In this document: one piece after another, positions 55,301-61,300 of the stretch
Layout of the letters: every line of letters begins with the position of its first letter
How positions within the stretch are numbered: position 1 is the stretch's first letter
Assembly: GCA_002633005.1 (NCBI GenBank)
Contig: NMRA01000388.1
Location: 248,001 to 312,000 of the forward strand
DNA length: 64,000 nt
DNA from: Phoronis australis
Taxonomy: Eukaryota > Animalia > Phoronida
Direction of reading: 5' to 3'
Notes under the pieces: generated by a model
What the model saw: only the letters and a program-made list of their open reading frames with translations
The model's database searches: none
Told to the model about the DNA's origin: nothing
Position numbers and translations under genes: made by a program

Positions 55301-58300
55301 GGACTTACACTGAGTAGCATGCGAGTTTTTCATCAGTGGAGCCCTCCTTAAGAAAGTTGCAGGGATATGACCTTGAACTTGAAACTAGTGTGATTTCATT
55401 TTCACCCGGGTTGGGACTATCGAAGTTGCCACCAAATACCCACAGCTTCCCTGCTCCAAATCGACCGATGTGCCGAGGCTGAATTTCACTGATGTAGGGT
55501 TCATCTGCAACAAAAGGTAAATTTAACTTTTGAGACAATGGAAAACACAGTTGATTAAGAACAGAGAGATTCAAGAGGGGCATTGCCCTGAAACAATTTT
55601 GGCGAAGTTTTCAAGACAAATCGCGAACGTCTGTTCCTTTAACGTTTCGCCCTCTGTCGTCACGTTTTAGATCCACCTGTGATCACGGAGTCAATCATAG
55701 CGAACCTGGCCGTTTGCTTTGGGAACTTTTTGTTCAAAAGAGGTCCCAGTTATAGTCTAAAGAGGGTTGAGTCGATATTCCGAACCGCTGATAGTCCGAA
55801 ATGAAATTCGCGCAGGCAACAGTATGAAAAGTCGACAGTCCGAAGGGCCGGCAATGTAAAGGGCCAAAAGTCCCAAATGTTATGACCCTTTAGGTCATTT
55901 ATTTATTTGCATTTTTACTCCTTTGTTGCGGGTTGAAGGTTGCTATTGCCGACATCAGAACGCCCGTCTGACAACGAATGGATATGTAGAACCCTCAGCT
56001 ATATAGTTACGATCTTCGGATTGAAGCGAGATCCGTCTTCTTTCTATACTGTAAAATCATTAAACATTATTCTGAATTTATTTATCCTATTAATGAAATT
56101 TTATCACCGTCGTTTACTTTTCCAGATTTGGACCAATGAGTTATAGACCGAAAGATTCTTAAAATTCAAAAAATAAACGAACATAGTTTGGACTATGAGC
56201 CCTTCACTCAAAAGCCTCCAAGCAGTATCATCCTTTACGAACATTCACTGATACATACATAATAGGACTAAAAACAACTAAACATTTCCTTTAGTCCCAA
56301 GGGTCAATAAACAGAGAAAAAATCGCGACATTTCGAACCATTGGCCCTTCGGATGTTTACAGTGAACAATTGGTGTACCCGACTGGTCAAAGGACGCCTA
56401 TCAGTTTATACTGACAGCACGTTCACAGCCGAACGTACATATACACCACATGCGTTGCGTTCGTAAACGGAAACGGGAAAATAATGTTTGCGCTCAGTAC
56501 TATACGCATTTCCACGCAAAACCGCGACTTTTGGGAAAATTGTGATATAATCACCTCAAAACTGTGTTGCCGCAAATTCGTTTTCCCCGTGTGTTTGCTC
56601 TCGCGACTATCTCACAAACGATTAGCAAAGATTATTAAAAATAAAACAATTTTCGCCTGCTCGCTTTGCCAAGACGAATTCCTCAATGCATAACAGAAAC
56701 AATTCATTCTTTGAAGTAAGTTCATGAGATGGAAATGGGACATTTGAATGGATACAGGTTATGGTAACCTTTACGGAGTTGCAAAAGCAACAGTTTACCC
56801 CGTTCACGAAATGCATACTGTGGGCCTACGCGGAACCTATTATCACCGCAGTCGCAGCCGGAACAAACATGCTACATACGACACCGACCATGTGCTAAAC
56901 TTGGATTTCCCAATGGAGTCGATGATAGATATCTTTGGAAGTTACATATTAATTACCGCGCCTGAAATATTGCTCTCAGATTATTTAAAATGCCATTTCG
57001 CCGTTGCTAACTAGCAGTCAATTGTGAATTCTTAACCGACTCGCTATTGGGTTTTAAAAAAATATAACCACGCTCATTCGATCTCCATATGTTGCCGAAC
57101 GAGTCGGTAACTCAAAGCAACGGCAATGCGGACATGCGTCATATTTAAATGTTCGATTTTAAGATTGGTCAACCCGAATAATCTCTGAAGCGTTTGCTTG
57201 AGTCGCTGTAAGGAATGTCACTATTCCAGTTTTACGAGAGTAAAAGGCTTTGTGCTATTTTTAGTCATCAAAACAGGGCGAAATGCCACTTTAAGCAAAA
57301 GTGGCTCGTTTATCTTTATTTGTTGTGTAGTTACTGATACTGATTATATCATAACTCGTGTAAACACAGCATGGCCTAGTCGCGTTCTTGACTCACTGTC
57401 TTTCGGAAATTTGGGGTTCGTATTGAACAACAATCTTTTGCAAAGTAAACTGAAAAGCGTGTTTGTCACGTAAAAGACACAACTTTGGTTGTTGCACGTC
57501 TTTAGGGATGGTCCAACATGGTAGCAGCATCAACCATTTTGATAAAAGACATTCCAATGTACAGATTTTGGTCGTTTGAAAGAGGAAACAATGCTGATAT
57601 CTGAAGAGATGTGACAAAATCACAGAAATAATTTTGAAATAGCACTGTTTGCAGATCGACCCTACATTTACACCAATGCCTAAATTTAAACCTTGTACAC
57701 GTGCACCAGGTATATATTCGCAGGTGACGTGTGGAAATTTGCATTTTCACCACACTTGAAAATGGTGTAAATATACACCCAAGACTAGCTTTACACCTGA
57801 AAGTATTTGCGTTTACGGTGACTTAATATACACTCGACTGTAAATATTACACTTTAGTGCAAACAACATCATGTAAACGTTGCTTGGAGTCACCATAGAG
57901 TGGCGCTAAAAACTTTCCTAGCTATTGTTTGGTGCACGTGTTCTTAAATCATAACCTCATATAACCTGGTTTGACCAAAAGACCATGCATCAGTCAAAAC
58001 GACGCCGTTTGCACACTTTAGTTACATGCGATGAGCTACAACAAAAGAAGTTACATGTTAGTACAATGGACACCTTCCCGTGTGAAAAGCCGTTGTTAGG
58101 GGTCTATTTTGCTGTTTATTTTGGTTATCCATGTCTCGTACGATGTGACGTCAATGGTGGCTATTGGGGCTATTACATGTATGGCTTGACCTGTCCTTGC
58201 TGTTGATGTGACCCGTCCCACCGCTGGTCACTACAGTATATCCGGCACATTTGTCTGTTGGACATAAACCATTCGAGGCTCCGGCGCAAACCGGGACATC

Positions 58301-61300
58301 TTTTGCTACTAGTTAACACCAGACGCAATTTAATATTAAGTCTTTTTGACAGGGTGTGCTGCTAGGAAATTAGGATATCAACCTGTTTAGAGAGATGGCA
58401 TGATAAAATTAAAAATCTTCCAGTTCAGTTTTGAGTCACTTAATAAGAATCCCACCAGAGCACGATTCAAAGGGGCCCAATTGTAGGCAGGTGTATGAAC
58501 ATACATTCATTCGTTGAAATTTATTCCTTTCAGTTTCAAACATATTGAGATTTCAAGTCGTATTATTTAGTAAATTAAAATTTAATTAACAAACCTTTGG
58601 ATAGTCTTTTTAACAAAACGATCTCTAACTGACGGATCTCATTCTGTGTTCTAATTTGGTGTATATAAATGAAAGGATAACCGAAAAATCCTTTTTAGAG
58701 TTCTGCTGCGAAATGAATACTTCCGAACAGATCCTAGTGAACCCTTTCCGAGAGAAACAATAGAAAAATATCGCATTTGGGGAATCTTGCAGTGAAGAAA
58801 CAGGCATCGGAGCGATACATCCCCCGCCGGTTTCATGCGCGCACCCAGGGGGGGGGGGAGCTCGGGGGGCCCCAATTGTCGAAATGGGCAAAAAGCTCCG
58901 CCCCCGAGAGACAAAAAGTCCACCCGCTCTTTTGTTAGCGAATGGTCCATAACGTCGAGAATTCGAGAAATCGCAGTCAGCGGATAAGATATTCGTCACT
59001 TCGATAGAACTTTTGTAGATATTACACCAAGCAATGCCTCTTCTGTCTTTGCATACATTTAAGAACAACGGTGAAGTGAATGCAGAGAAACACGTATGAA
59101 ATTGACAAATATTGCACCAGTTAAGCAATAGCGCGACATTATTCATTTCAAATCGGATGCCTTGCAGTAAATTCATCGTTGTATGTTTCACGGATTTGTG
59201 GAGGTAAAAGTAATAGAGCATTGGCAATTCAGTCTAAATTTCTGAGTTAATCCTATTTCGATCACTGAGGTGCCAAAGGTCCACAAAAGAACGCACTGCA
59301 CACAATTTGCTCTTGACGCAGCTTCTATTTTGAGTGTTTTCTAGCTGCAAAAATGTTATCTGATTGATTTTCTTTTGTGAATTATAATAAGCTGTGTGCA
59401 TGACTATGTCAAAGACTTTTGTTCATTATTTCATTTTACCGTTTGTTGTTTGGACAGATCCAACTGTCCTCATTCGCTAAATGCAGTGCACAGAACGTTC
59501 ATACTGAATCACTGCTTTCGACAGGATTGTTGCAGAATTGCTTTTGAGAGATTAGTATATTTGTTGAGAGAATGACCGATGTTTGCGAAGCGTGACTAAA
59601 AGGAGGCCATGGAACTTAAAATACACGCACTAGATGTGGCTATTTAATTCGTATCAAATGAAGTAATGACACGTACAAGAACGTTCTTGTGTCAGCATTG
59701 TATGAAAAAAGTTTCTATGTCGATATAATAAGCATTTACGACTCGTTTTCTATGAAAGTTGATCTTGTTACAAAACGTGAAGTGTTGCGGCAGGTTGCTG
59801 TGTTCAGTTGTTACAGAAAACATAAAGGCGTACTGTTTATCCACAGAGACTTTGAATAGGGTTCACCGTCTTAAACGCGACCTGTTTCTATAGCATGGTT
59901 CCAAATTCCTACTTGCATAACTATTTGAAAACACCCATTCTTCTCGCAAAAGACATAGCGACAACTATTCAAACAATAAGCATGGTTCTATTTGGCAGCG
60001 CACAAAGCGCGCACGGAGCTATGAAACAGATTACAAAATTCATTCTTTGTGGTGAGCATATCCTCTTGAATTTCCAATTCTAACAAAGTCCTATTGTTTC
60101 GTGAATACGGAACGACAAAGCGTCAGATAACTCCTTGATTGCAGCAGGAACAAAAACAATAAACATACAGAATTATAATTACAAAAACATTAACACAAAA
60201 GTGAGGGTATTCGTCGCATCTCAACCTTTTTTATAGTGTAGTCTGCGTGCACTAGGCGTGCATGTACATGTTTCTGATATGTGGAGCCGAATCAGCGTTA
60301 TAATCAATCTGATTCGAAGGCTTATCCGAAGCGACTGGATAAATAAGTCGTGAAAAGTTATTTGAAACAGGAGCACTCATGTTACAAAGAACCCCTTTCT
60401 ACTACATTGTACGGTGTTGTATCAAATGCTTGGCAGCACAATGGAGCGCAACATAAGTATACCAATTTTAAGACGTCTTTACAAAATCAGATCTGAATAC
60501 CTTCACAATTGACGGTTGAGTAGGTAATCTCGGGCCTTTAAACTTCGATAAACCCGCCTTCCGTCACAAACCAACTTTTGATTAAGATTACTTAACAGTT
60601 ACAAAATTGGTCTCAAATTATTCCTTAGTCAAATTAGAGGCGATGACAAGGCTTCGAGAAAACAGGCAGTTCGTCATTGCTTGCGAATAGGTTGTACAAA
60701 ATGACTTGTCAGGGGGTGTCACTTTATGAGATGAACAATAGTCTCAAGCAATTGTCAGTTCTTTGCAAGCACAGTAAGGAACGAGAGGAAATCAAAGTTT
60801 TCTTCTTAGACGGAACCCGGGTTTATAGTCGCTTTGTCATTTGTCCAGTATCAGGTTACCGGAACAACACAGCTGGTACACTCAAACCGTAGTTCCACAC
60901 GTGCTCAATAAACTCAGTTCACCGACTCGCAATTACCGGTTCATAAATATGGCGAACTCGCTAAGCACGGCTAACCTAGCTCCCGACGGACTCACAAACA
61001 ATCGTAGGTTTGTAATGCAAATCTTTTACTGGAAGTGTCATCACAACGGCGATTGGCGAAATCAAGAAAAACAAGGAAATTTGCAACCAGTCAAAAATGA
61101 CACCACTGTCACTATTATTGTACGAAATTCATGGTTAAGTTGAGTGACGGATATCTTAATATCTTATTTATCTGCATGCAATCAGAGAGATCAATATTTT
61201 TAAGAGTTTCGTTCTTACGCCATGTAAGATCTTTTTAATTCACACAACTCAATTGAATGCAAACAGTCAATTTTACCGTTGAAAAAACGCATTTGGGGCT

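Noticed and set aside
58625-59227. 200-aa minus-strand ORF in intron 1
   Set aside because: No recognisable domain. It crosses a poly-G repeat-like element and has non-coding composition.
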